This document shows positions 48,930 to 57,203 of a stretch of DNA of 64,000 bases, one piece after another. Source of the stretch: an uncultured Gemmatimonadales bacterium (GTDB lineage Bacteria; Gemmatimonadota; Gemmatimonadetes; Gemmatimonadales; GWC2-71-9). The stretch lies in the NCBI GenBank assembly GCA_963798915.1, contig CAWCVB010000014.1, positions 3,565-67,564 of the forward strand, read 5' to 3'. Within the stretch, counting starts at the first letter, position 1; each line of letters starts with the position of its first letter. The notes under the pieces are model-generated. The model did not search any database and was not told the DNA's origin. It saw only the letters and a list, made by a program, of their open reading frames with translations. The position numbers and the translations under genes were made by a program.

Positions 48930-49699
48930 GTGACGGCACCCTCGTCCTGCTGCTGCAACGAGATGAACACGTCCTCGATGCTGTCCATGCCAAACTGCTG
49001 CTTGATCTCGGCAGGCGTGCCGACGGCGATCAGCTCACCGCGCGAGAGGAGTGCCAACCGGTCGCAACGTTCCGCCTCATCCATGTAATGGGTGGTGACC
49101 AGGACCGTAAGCCCTGCGCGAGCGCGCTCGGCGATGATGCGCCAGAAATGCCTCCGGGCCGCGGGATCCACGCCGGCGGTCGGTTCATCGAGAAAAACCA
49201 GGTCGGGGCGGTGCGTTGTGGCGCAGGCCAGCGCGAGACGCTGCTTCCAGCCGCCAGAGAGTGCCCCGGCGAGCTGGCCGGCTCGGGCATCGAGGCCAAA
49301 CTCCTGCAACACTTCCTCGCGACGCTTGCGCCCCTCGGTCCCGATCACGCCATACAGCTCGCTGTAGAACCGGAGATTCTCGCGAACCGTCAGGTCTTCA
49401 TACAGCCCGAACCGCTGCGACATATAGCCGATCCGCCGGCGCACCGCCTCCGGCTCAGCCACGACGTCGATCCCCGCCACGTCCGCGCTACCCGAGGTCG
49501 GAGCAATCAACCCGGTGAGCATCCGAATGGTGGTCGTCTTGCCCGAGCCATTGGGACCCAGCAACCCGAACACTTCGCCCCGCGGAATGGTGAGACTGAG
49601 ATCCTGCACTGCGACCAGCGCTCCATACTGTTTTCGCAGGTGCTCGGTATGAACGGCGTCCACCGATTTTGCAGATTGGGCAGATTGACTGATGCTCAT
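48926..49699 (-). CDS. ABC transporter ATP-binding protein (export type)
   Basis: GPNGSGKTT, LSGGWKQRLALA, LVFLDEPTAGVD. Confidence 0.9.
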   Translation of the reverse strand: MSISQSAQSAKSVDAVHTEHLRKQYGALVAVQDLSLTIPRGEVFGLLGPNGSGKTTTIRMLTGLIAPTSGSADVAGIDVVAEPEAVRRRIGYMSQRFGLYEDLTVRENLRFYSELYGVIGTEGRKRREEVLQEFGLDARAGQLAGALSGGWKQRLALACATTHRPDLVFLDEPTAGVDPAARRHFWRIIAERARAGLTVLVTTHYMDEAERCDRLALLSRGELIAVGTPAEIKQQFGMDSIEDVFISLQQQDEGAVT

Positions 49700-50667
49700 C
49701 GCCGGTTCGTAGCTGTGGAATCTGCGTAATCGGTGGAAAAATCTGCGGACACCCAGAGGCCTGCCGGCAATGCCGAATCGAGCGCCAGGCGGACTCCGAA
49801 CAGCAGGTCGGCGCGTTCATCCTGGGTGAGGGAGACACGAGGCGTGAATTCGGCGCGGGGCTGGACGCTGGTCACGGTTGCGCCCACACCGCGGCCCTGC
49901 CAGCCATCGGGTGTGATGGTGGCGCGGGCTCCCGGCTTCACGCTGCCCAGAAGGCGCTGCGGCGCGTAGGCGCGCACGTAGCGTCGGGCCGTGTCGCCGA
50001 TGATCGCAGCCGGGGTGCCGGCCGGCAGCACCTCGCCAGGTTGGGCCGACCGCGTCAGCACCACGCCGTTCACCGGGCTTACCAGCACCAGGTCGGCCAG
50101 ACGCGATCCGGTCCCCTCGAGATCGGCGCGCGCCTGGCTCAATTCGGCCTCGGCGGCCCGGATCTGAGCCGGCCGGCTGCCGGCTTCCAGCAGTCGCAGG
50201 GCGTTGCGGGCAGCATCACGTCGCTCGGCGGCGACGCGGGCCGCCGCAGCCGCCGCGTCGTAATCGCGCTGGCTGATGACCGTATCCCTGATCAGTGCTC
50301 GCGCCCGCGCCAGTTCGGTTCCGGTCCGGGTGGCTTCTGCTTCCGCTGCCTGCAGCTCGGCCTGGGCACGGGAAATTTCCTGGGGACGAGCGCCGGCCTT
50401 GAGGTCCCGCACTGCTGCTGCCGCTTGCGCCACGCGCGCCTCGCGCGCGGCCATCTGGGAGCTTGCGTCGGCCAGGCCCAGGACCGCGACGGTATCGCCC
50501 CGTGTGACGTAGTCTCCTTCGTCGACCAGAATGCGCAGTACCCGGGCCGGCTGTTGCGGTGCGATGTCCACCTGATCCAGCTCCACGGTTCCGCGGATAA
50601 GATCGGTCTGGCCGGACGAGCAGCCTGCCAGCGCCAGCATGATGAGGATGGAACGCCCACACTTCAT
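49696..50667 (-). CDS. HlyD-family membrane-fusion lipoprotein
   Basis: ATG at 50667 after GGAGAGAG. Lipobox MLALAGC. Alanine/arginine-rich coiled-coil centre. The upstream part of the listed 465-aa ORF belongs to tetR in another frame. Confidence 0.8.
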   Translation of the reverse strand: MKCGRSILIMLALAGCSSGQTDLIRGTVELDQVDIAPQQPARVLRILVDEGDYVTRGDTVAVLGLADASSQMAAREARVAQAAAAVRDLKAGARPQEISRAQAELQAAEAEATRTGTELARARALIRDTVISQRDYDAAAAAARVAAERRDAARNALRLLEAGSRPAQIRAAEAELSQARADLEGTGSRLADLVLVSPVNGVVLTRSAQPGEVLPAGTPAAIIGDTARRYVRAYAPQRLLGSVKPGARATITPDGWQGRGVGATVTSVQPRAEFTPRVSLTQDERADLLFGVRLALDSALPAGLWVSADFSTDYADSTATNRR

Positions 50668-51325
50668 GGTCTCTCTCCGGCAGGACGGTGGTGTTCCAGC
50701 GCCGACAGGGCAAAATCGGCGGCGTGGCGGACGAAGGCGCGGCGTTTCTTCTTGCTCGGACCAGCCGGTCCATCGCCCAGCAGCGTCCCGACCACCGGCG
50801 AGGCCACGGCAAACCAGGCCACCTGCGCCACCACACTCACGGCGGCAAATGCCGGGTCCAGGTCCGGACGGAAGCGGGCGCTGGCCTGGGCCGCTTGGAT
50901 CAGCCCGCTGAGCCGGGCAAAGAGCCTGGTCAGCGTCTCGCGGACGGCCTTCTGGGCATGTTGGCCCTGATAATCCACCAGCTCGCGGGCAATGAGCCGG
51001 GCACGTGGGGCCGGTCAGGAAGATCTCGCCCTGGACCTCGACGATGGCCCGCAGCGCGACGGCAGGATCGGTGTCGGCGGATGCGCGGGACATCGCGCTG
51101 CCGTACCAGCGATTCGATCAGCCGCCGGATGACCGCCTCGTACAGCCCGGCCTTGTTCCGGTAGTAGTAGTAGATCAGGGCAGGGGAGAGGCCTGATTCC
51201 CTTCCCAGCGCCTGGATGGTTGCCGCCCGGAACCCCCGCTCGGCAAACAGCCGCTCGGCGGCGTCGAGGATGGCGGTGTCGGGCGATAGTGGAGTGGCAG
51301 GGCCCCGGAGGTGTGATATACGCAT
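50664..51325 (-). pseudogene. TetR/AcrR-family regulator split over three reading frames (two frameshifts)
   Basis: Frame 1 (51325 to about 51100): HTH ILDAAERLFAERGFRAATIQALGRESGLSPALIYYYYRNKAGLYEAV. Frame 2 (from 51093): SRASADTDPAVALRAIVEVQGEIFLT. Frame 3 (about 51020 to 50664): ARLIARELVDYQGQHAQKAVRETL... . Joined, the pieces read as one TetR protein. Confidence 0.75.
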
Positions 51326-51332
51326 GAGTTAA

Positions 51333-51348
51333 TTGAACGTTCGATCAA
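51333..51348. promoter_or_regulatory. Imperfect inverted repeat TTGAACG-TT-CGATCAA, candidate TetR operator
   Basis: It lies 8 nt upstream of the tetR start. The half-site CGATCAA recurs at 51412-51418. Confidence 0.35.
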
Positions 51349-51662
51349 GTTTTGGGCAAGGGTCGGATTTCCCGCCCGTTCGCGCGCCGCATGCGCTGGG
51401 TCGTGTTTTAACGATCAATTGCGCACTGAAACAGGAAGGCACCCTGCCCTGGCATCCGTTCGTCCGATTGCAGCTTTTCATGCGTTCTCCGTTGCGGCAG
51501 CGACCGCCCTATCAGGCACCGCCTGGCCAAGTCATTCGGCACCAAGCAATGGAAAGCAGATCATTTGTATCGGAATTGGGAAAATCCCAGTAGGACACCG
51601 GCAGACTTTTTGTCATGATAGGTGAGCGGCGTGTCCATCAGACCCGAGCCAAGGAGCCACCG

Positions 51663-51836
51663 ATGCAACCAAGCGGGATGTTACGTGCAGCAGCACGTGG
51701 CACTGAACCCAGCCGCCCGGACTCGGCGAGCGGAAGCTGGATCAGCTGGAGCCTCCCGCCGGTCTCGGAGTGGGGCCGCTTGCCCGCGTGCCGTGGTTAC
51801 CCGATCCACCGAGTTCCAAGGGGGGCTTCAGCATGA
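51663..51836 (+). CDS. Possible 57-aa leader ORF of the cassette (doubtful)
   Basis: AAGGAG lies 6 nt upstream of ATG 51663. The stop forms an ATGA overlap with the next gene's start. The Arg/Pro/Ser-rich composition could equally be spurious. Confidence 0.25.
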   Translation: MQPSGMLRAAARGTEPSRPDSASGSWISWSLPPVSEWGRLPACRGYPIHRVPRGASA

Positions 51837-52240
51837 AATGCGGCAACCTGATGTTGCTTGGGCTCGTGCTTGGAGTGATGGCTTGCGGTGAAGGGTCACC
51901 GGCGGGACCATCGGCGGTGTCGGGGTTCCCATCCGGCTCCAAGACCTCCGCCGACTCAGCAAAACACCTCCGGAAGCGAGCGATTCTCTTGGCAGAAGGA
52001 AAGTCACTGTTCCCATCGCGCAAGACCTCCATCGCATTTGACGTCGTCACGTATCCGAAGTGCCTAATAAGGTCCGGCTCAGGAACCCATGGTTACATCG
52101 CGATCTGCGTCGGCGATACAATTACCGTAACGATTGCGAGTGCGGAGTGCTCCGGCATCGGTGATACCATGGCTGTTCATGGTGCCGTCGAGATGATTGT
52201 CTCGACGAATGCATGTCAAGGGGCCGGCGCGCAACCATGA
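51833..52240 (+). CDS. Hypothetical lipoprotein (cassette gene A)
   Basis: ATG 51833 after AAGGGGGG. MKCGNLMLLGLVLGVMAC lipobox. 135 aa, several Cys, no known motif. Confidence 0.6.
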   Translation: MKCGNLMLLGLVLGVMACGEGSPAGPSAVSGFPSGSKTSADSAKHLRKRAILLAEGKSLFPSRKTSIAFDVVTYPKCLIRSGSGTHGYIAICVGDTITVTIASAECSGIGDTMAVHGAVEMIVSTNACQGAGAQP

Positions 52241-52950
52241 CCGCTGTGGCTGCGGATACAGGGCGCATTGTGTTCGTGCTCACGGATCCACGGTACGGAT
52301 CGGGGGAATTCTTCTTTAGCGGCGTATTCTCGGACACAACGCCGACCCAACAGGTCCTGATGGAGGATGGCTATGGAGACGGGGATTACGATGACAACGT
52401 ACTCGAAGTGACGATCCATGGTCATTATGATCTCTGCAGGCTCTGGACGGACTCGGTCCTGAATATCCACGAATTTCGCGACTCCTTGATCGCCGAGTGG
52501 ATGGCGACGCGGGCCGATCCACTTCGCACCGAGCGGGGAGGCCATGTTTATCGAAACCGTGTCACTGGGGAGTGGCGCTGGGCGAAAGACTCGCCAGTTG
52601 GCGGAGGCACCGCGGATGCCTGCCACATCGATTTGACTGCTCAACCGATGGCGGATGAAGATGTCATCGAGTCTTGGCACACGCATGGGTACTTCGACGG
52701 CGAGATACTTTACGACTGTAACGGCGGGACATCAGGCACCCCTATGGGGGTCGTCAATTATCGCCGGCATGGTGGAGGGAGTTTGGGCGACTGGCCTGCT
52801 ACCAATGGCATCGGATATGATGCACTTACGATTGACAGCCGGCAGGTCAATGTGCTGAGCCACTCCAAGACGAATCCAGTTGCCTTTGCGGCGAATCTAG
52901 ATCGATACTTTTGGCACGGCATTGGCCAGTGCCTGACCTTGACACCCTGA
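52237..52950 (+). CDS. Hypothetical protein with C-terminal DUF4329-like (HTHG) module (cassette gene B)
   Basis: ATGA overlap with gene A. ERGGHVYRNRVTGEWRWA...VIESWHTHGYFDGE...GGGSLGDW...GYDALTID resembles the ExGGxIY / YHTHG / S-x-x-D pattern of DUF4329. No signal peptide. Confidence 0.55.
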   Translation: MTAVAADTGRIVFVLTDPRYGSGEFFFSGVFSDTTPTQQVLMEDGYGDGDYDDNVLEVTIHGHYDLCRLWTDSVLNIHEFRDSLIAEWMATRADPLRTERGGHVYRNRVTGEWRWAKDSPVGGGTADACHIDLTAQPMADEDVIESWHTHGYFDGEILYDCNGGTSGTPMGVVNYRRHGGGSLGDWPATNGIGYDALTIDSRQVNVLSHSKTNPVAFAANLDRYFWHGIGQCLTLTP

Positions 52951-52960
52951 GGAGGCCGCT

Positions 52961-53377
52961 GTGAAGATCACCATGCTTGCAATCGCCGTTGCTGGCCTTT
53001 GGTCGGCGAGCGCCGATTCTCGGGTCGGTCAGACCTACTGCATGCCGGCTGATGCGGAAGCATCTGCGTTCTTTTATTGGGTGAAGTCGGTCGCGACCGG
53101 GACAGACAGTATCGCGGCAGCCGACCGCATTTCGTTGGGGATCCCGAATACTACGGAATCCAAGGTGTCGATTGTCACTCGGGAGTCAACTTGCCGGGAT
53201 GCAGGGGCGGCATACAGCCAAGTGCTTGACTCCGTACCCCCTGGAGGGCGATCTGTGTACGTGGTCAAGGTCAGCGCGGTTTATGTTGTGCTCGATCCAG
53301 CGGTCAGGTATGGGGAATGGTCGCAAGGCATGGTCTTTACCAGCAAGTGGGCTCTAATACAGAGGTTCGTCAACTAA
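52961..53377 (+). CDS. Hypothetical secreted protein (cassette gene C)
   Basis: GTG start after GAGGAGG. Signal peptide MKITMLAIAVAGLWSASA. 138 aa. Confidence 0.6.
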   Translation: MKITMLAIAVAGLWSASADSRVGQTYCMPADAEASAFFYWVKSVATGTDSIAAADRISLGIPNTTESKVSIVTRESTCRDAGAAYSQVLDSVPPGGRSVYVVKVSAVYVVLDPAVRYGEWSQGMVFTSKWALIQRFVN

Positions 53378-53432
53378 CGTGGGGCCGGAGCCCGCGATTT
53401 GTGGCGCACCTCAGTCGCGGATGGGGTAGGGG

Positions 53433-53996
53433 GTGCACGTGAAGGTACGACTCCTGACAGGCGTGCTTGCGGTGCTGCTCGGATTAGCAGCTTGCGGCGA
53501 TTCGACCGGCACCAACGGGGAGCCGCCGACCGTGCTCGTGACGAACAGCACCTGCGATGCCGGGCGCTGCGCCACCCTTGAAGTTCGCGCCTTCGTCTGG
53601 GCGTTTCATGTTCCGCAGATCCCAAGCGGGCTACGGGTTCTCGGGGAAGCTCCACCGGGACAGACCTGCCTCCGCTTTCCGCCATCCTGGCCGTTGCAAA
53701 TCATCGGTCCCGATACCACCGGCAAGGTGGACACAACAACCATCACCTGGACTCCTGAGAACGCGGAAGGGATCTACTTGATCGCGGTGGATAGCCTGGT
53801 TTACCACGGCGGCGGGAGCCCTGGCCAGGTCGACAGCAGTAATCAGGCGATTCCGCCGTTCGATGGCGTGGACGTAGCGAGTGTCGGGGAGACACCCATT
53901 TTCGTGCCTGCGGAAGCCAAGGGCTGGGCCGTCAGCTTCCAGAGTGCGCCACGATTCAGTGCCTCGCTCGCCAAGCAAGGCGCCTGTAAGTCATGA
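53433..53996 (+). CDS. Hypothetical lipoprotein (cassette gene D)
   Basis: GTG start after GGTAGGGGG. Lipobox LLGLAAC. 187 aa. Confidence 0.6.
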   Translation: MHVKVRLLTGVLAVLLGLAACGDSTGTNGEPPTVLVTNSTCDAGRCATLEVRAFVWAFHVPQIPSGLRVLGEAPPGQTCLRFPPSWPLQIIGPDTTGKVDTTTITWTPENAEGIYLIAVDSLVYHGGGSPGQVDSSNQAIPPFDGVDVASVGETPIFVPAEAKGWAVSFQSAPRFSASLAKQGACKS

Positions 53997-54123
53997 GTCG
54001 TGGATATCAGCTCTTGGAGCGCTGTGTGTGACGCTGCAAGCATCGGCCGAACGATCCCGGTCGGGCTGCAAGGTTGCGTCGCACCCTTCGGGTGCTCGCG
54101 ATGACAGCGCGCGGTGGGCCCCT

Positions 54124-54299
54124 CGACCCTCGACCCACGCCCCATCATCCATGACCGTACGGGCGGAGCCATGGCTCCGCCCCGACGCGACCCACGACCC
54201 ACGACCCTCGACCCACGCCCCACGCCCCACGCCCCACGCCCCATCATGCATGACCGTACGGGCGGAGCCATGGCTCTGCCCCGACGCGACCCACGACCC
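54124..54299. repeat. Two copies of a REP-like unit (78 and 99 bp) with palindrome GGGCGGAGCCATGGCTCCGCCC flanked by CGACCCN/CGCCCCA heptamers
   Basis: Copy 1 is 54124-54200 and copy 2 is 54203-54299. The copies differ by three extra CCCCACG heptamers and two substitutions. The palindrome is at 54161-54182. Confidence 0.9.
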
Positions 54300-54342
54300 T
54301 GCCTTGTCCCAACCCCCTCCGGCAGCTACTTTTAGCGGCTAT

Positions 54343-55683
54343 ATGTTTGACGAGCTTTCCCAGAAACTGACGGCCACGCTCCAGAAACTCACCGGGCGTG
54401 GCGCACTCACGGAAGACGCGGTCCGGGAAGGACTTCGCGAGATCCGGCGGGTCCTGCTCGAAGCCGATGTGAGCTTCGATCTGACCCGGGAGTTCCTGGA
54501 GCACGTCCAGCAGAAAGCGGTCGGCGAAAAAGTCCTGCAGGACGTGCGGCCCGGCCAGCAGCTGGTCAAGATCGTCTACGACGAGCTGGTGACCCTGCTG
54601 GGCGAGAAGCAGGCGCCGCTTGCCTTCGCCACGGTGCCGCCCACGGTGTTCCTGATCGTGGGGCTGCAGGGCTCGGGCAAGACCACCACGGCCGGCAAGC
54701 TGGCCCGGCGGCTCAAGGCGGAGCAGAAGGCGCCTTATCTGGTCGCCGCGGACGTGTATCGGCCCGCGGCGGCCGAGCAGCTGGCGACCCTCGCCAACCA
54801 GGTGGGTGTCGGGGTCTACACCGACCCGGCCCAGCGCGACGTGGTCGCCCTGGTCAAGAAGGGGATCGAAGAGGCGGGGAAGGCCCGGGCCCGGACGGTG
54901 CTGGTTGACACCGCCGGCCGCCTGCAAATTGACGAGCAGATGATGGATGAGCTCCGCCGCCTCAAGGAGGCAGTGAAGCCCACCGAAATCCTGCTGGTGG
55001 CCGACGGCATGACCGGCCAGGATGCGGTCCGCATTGCCCAGGGCTTTCACGAGGCGCTCGGCGTCACCGGGGTCATCCTCACCAAGATGGACGGCGATGC
55101 CCGCGGCGGCGCGGCGCTTTCCATTTACGGCGTGACCCACGCGCCCATCAAGTTCGTGGGCGTGGGCGAAAAGATGGACGGCCTCGAGGTCTTCCATCCC
55201 GACCGGATGGCGGGTCGCATCCTGCAGCAGGGCGACGTGCTCTCGCTGGTCGAGAAGGCCCAGCAGAACCTGGACGAGCGCGAGGCCGAGCGCATTGCGC
55301 GGAAGGCCGGGTCGAAGAAGGGCCTCGATCTCCAGGACTTCCTGGGCGCCATGCGGCAGATGCAGAAGCTGGGCCCGCTCAAGAATGTGCTGGGCATGTT
55401 GCCAGGCGTAAACCCGGCCATGCTGAGTGCGGCCAACGTGGATGAAAAGAAGATCAAGCACGTTGAGGCGATCGTCCTTGCGATGACGCCCGCCGAGCGG
55501 AAGGATCCCGATGTGCTGAACGGCTCACGCCGGTTGCGCATCGCCAACGGTGCCGGCCGCCCGGTGCAGGAAGTCAACCAGCTGGTGTCGCAGTTCAAGC
55601 AGATGCAGAAGTTCATGAAGATCGCGGGGAAGACCGGAGGAATGGGTGGACTGCCCTTCCGCCGTGGCGGTTTCCCCGGTTAA
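54343..55683 (+). CDS. ffh: Signal recognition particle protein Ffh
   Basis: ATG 54343 (MFDELSQKLTATLQKLTGRG), GLQGSGKTTTAGKLA, DTAGRL, TKMDGDARGGAALS, and a Met-rich M domain. The listed ORF start (53881) is a repeat-derived extension. Confidence 0.97.
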   Translation: MFDELSQKLTATLQKLTGRGALTEDAVREGLREIRRVLLEADVSFDLTREFLEHVQQKAVGEKVLQDVRPGQQLVKIVYDELVTLLGEKQAPLAFATVPPTVFLIVGLQGSGKTTTAGKLARRLKAEQKAPYLVAADVYRPAAAEQLATLANQVGVGVYTDPAQRDVVALVKKGIEEAGKARARTVLVDTAGRLQIDEQMMDELRRLKEAVKPTEILLVADGMTGQDAVRIAQGFHEALGVTGVILTKMDGDARGGAALSIYGVTHAPIKFVGVGEKMDGLEVFHPDRMAGRILQQGDVLSLVEKAQQNLDEREAERIARKAGSKKGLDLQDFLGAMRQMQKLGPLKNVLGMLPGVNPAMLSAANVDEKKIKHVEAIVLAMTPAERKDPDVLNGSRRLRIANGAGRPVQEVNQLVSQFKQMQKFMKIAGKTGGMGGLPFRRGGFPG

Positions 55684-55707
55684 CCCGCACTGACCAAGGG
55701 CAGGAAG

Positions 55708-55962
55708 ATGGCAACTCGTATTCGTCTGCGCCGCGTAGGTCGCAAGAAGCTGCCGATGTACCGCATCGTTGTCGCCGACAAGACATCGCCGCGTGATGGC
55801 CGTTTCGTCGAGATCATCGGCAGCTACGACCCGCGCGCGGAAGACGCCAAGCAGGTTACCGTGGATGTGGACAAGGCGCGCGCCTGGCTGGCCAAGGGCG
55901 CCACGCCGTCCGACACGGTGCAGTCGCTGCTCAAGCGCGCCGGCGTCACCGCCGAGGCCTGA
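55708..55962 (+). CDS. rpsP: 30S ribosomal protein S16
   Basis: [24 protein letters not shown]. Confidence 0.97.
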   Translation: MATRIRLRRVGRKKLPMYRIVVADKTSPRDGRFVEIIGSYDPRAEDAKQVTVDVDKARAWLAKGATPSDTVQSLLKRAGVTAEA

Positions 55963-55963
55963 C

Positions 55964-56494
55964 GTGGCGGCCGATGCCCGCCACCTGGTGGTGGGCCGGC
56001 TGCGGAAGCCGCACGGCCTCAAGGGCGAGGTCGCGGTCTTCCCCTTGACCGACAGCCCGGCCCATGCCTTCGAGCCGGGACGGTCAGTCTGGATTCTGGA
56101 TCTGGGCGGTGAGGTGGTGGCGGGCCCGTTCCCGGTGGAGCGAAGCCGCGGGTACCATCGTGAGTGGCTGCTCAAGCTGCACGGTGTGGAGGAGCGGGAC
56201 GCTTGGGCGCCCTGGCGCGGCATGTTCATCGCCATGCCCCAGGACCAGCTGCCGCCACCTGACGAGGGCGAAGTCTACCTGCACGAACTGGCCGGATTTG
56301 CCGTTCGCAATGCCGCAGGTGACACGCTCGGCGTCGTGTCCGATGTATATGAAATGCCGGCCGGTGTCATGATCGAGGTGCAGGGTCCCAGGCGGGAGTT
56401 TCTCCTCCCCTATCGACGGGAGTTCGTCACCGCGGTCGATCGAAACGCCCGCCGGCTCACGGTGGACCCGCCGGCCGGGCTGCTGGATGAGTGA
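55964..56494 (+). CDS. rimM: 16S rRNA processing protein RimM
   Basis: GTG 55964. VVGRLRKPHGLKGEVAV and a PRC-barrel C-terminus. Canonical rpsP-rimM-trmD order. Confidence 0.85.
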   Translation: MAADARHLVVGRLRKPHGLKGEVAVFPLTDSPAHAFEPGRSVWILDLGGEVVAGPFPVERSRGYHREWLLKLHGVEERDAWAPWRGMFIAMPQDQLPPPDEGEVYLHELAGFAVRNAAGDTLGVVSDVYEMPAGVMIEVQGPRREFLLPYRREFVTAVDRNARRLTVDPPAGLLDE

Positions 56495-56507
56495 AGGTGG
56501 CCGAGTC

Positions 56508-57203
56508 ATGGCGCCGCTCCGCATCCACATCGTGACGCTCTTTCCGGAGACGCTGGCGCCGTACCTGGCGGCCAGTATTCCAGGGCGGGCGGCACAAGCC
56601 GGGCTGGTGCAATTCCGGCTGGTGCAGTTGCGGGATTTTACCCACGACCGTCACCATACCGTGGACGATTATCCCTACGGCGGTGGCGCCGGGATGGTGC
56701 TCAAGCCGGAGCCGTTCTTCGAGGCAGTTGAGTCACTGGAGCTGCGGGGCGGCCCGGTAGTCCTCCTCTCGGCGCGGGGCCAGCGCTTCGGGCACGACGA
56801 TGCGGTACGATACGCGGTGGGCACTGATCTGACGCTCCTCTGCGGGCATTATAAGGATGTGGACCAGCGGGTGGCCGACGGCCTGGCCACCGAAGAGCGC
56901 TCCATTGGCGATTTCGTGCTCTCGGGCGGCGAGCCGGCGGCGCTCTGTGTAGTGGATGCCGTGGTCCGGCTGCTGCCCGGTGCCATGGGCGACCACGAAT
57001 CGGCGAGTTCCGATTCGCACTATGACGGACTGCTGAGCCCGCCCAGTTATACCCGGCCGCCGGAATATCGTGGCCAAGCGGTGCCGCAGGTGCTGCTATC
57101 CGGTGATCACGCGCGGATCGAGGCGTGGCGCCTGGCGGAATCGGAGCGGGTGACCCGGGAGCGCCGCCCGGATCTGTGGACGCGGCACGAATCGGAACCA
57201 TAG
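56508..57203 (+). CDS. trmD: tRNA (guanine37-N1)-methyltransferase TrmD
   Basis: IHIVTLFPE, DDYPYGGGAGMVL, GHYKDVDQRV, SIGDFVLSGGE. An alternative start at 56487 exists. Confidence 0.93.
   Translation: MAPLRIHIVTLFPETLAPYLAASIPGRAAQAGLVQFRLVQLRDFTHDRHHTVDDYPYGGGAGMVLKPEPFFEAVESLELRGGPVVLLSARGQRFGHDDAVRYAVGTDLTLLCGHYKDVDQRVADGLATEERSIGDFVLSGGEPAALCVVDAVVRLLPGAMGDHESASSDSHYDGLLSPPSYTRPPEYRGQAVPQVLLSGDHARIEAWRLAESERVTRERRPDLWTRHESEP

Noticed and set aside
50668-51093. N-terminal 142 codons of the listed 465-aa HlyD ORF
   Set aside because: The first ~30 codons are the middle segment of the frameshifted tetR. The rest is Pro/Arg/Gly-rich filler. A lipoprotein signal peptide with a good SD starts at 50667.
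51333-51832. tRNA/tmRNA or integrase att site at the left edge of the low-GC cassette
   Set aside because: I looked for a GGTTCGAATCC-type T-arm and a CCA end. Only a weak resemblance was found (tggttacccgatccacc), with no cloverleaf pairing. No integrase gene is present. The possibility stays open only as unexplained noncoding DNA.
53881-54342. N-terminal extension of the ffh ORF (600 aa listed)
   Set aside because: The extension is a translation of the REP/heptamer block (PRPSTHAP... MTVRAEPWLRPDATHD, twice). Canonical Ffh starts at MFDELSQKL (54343).
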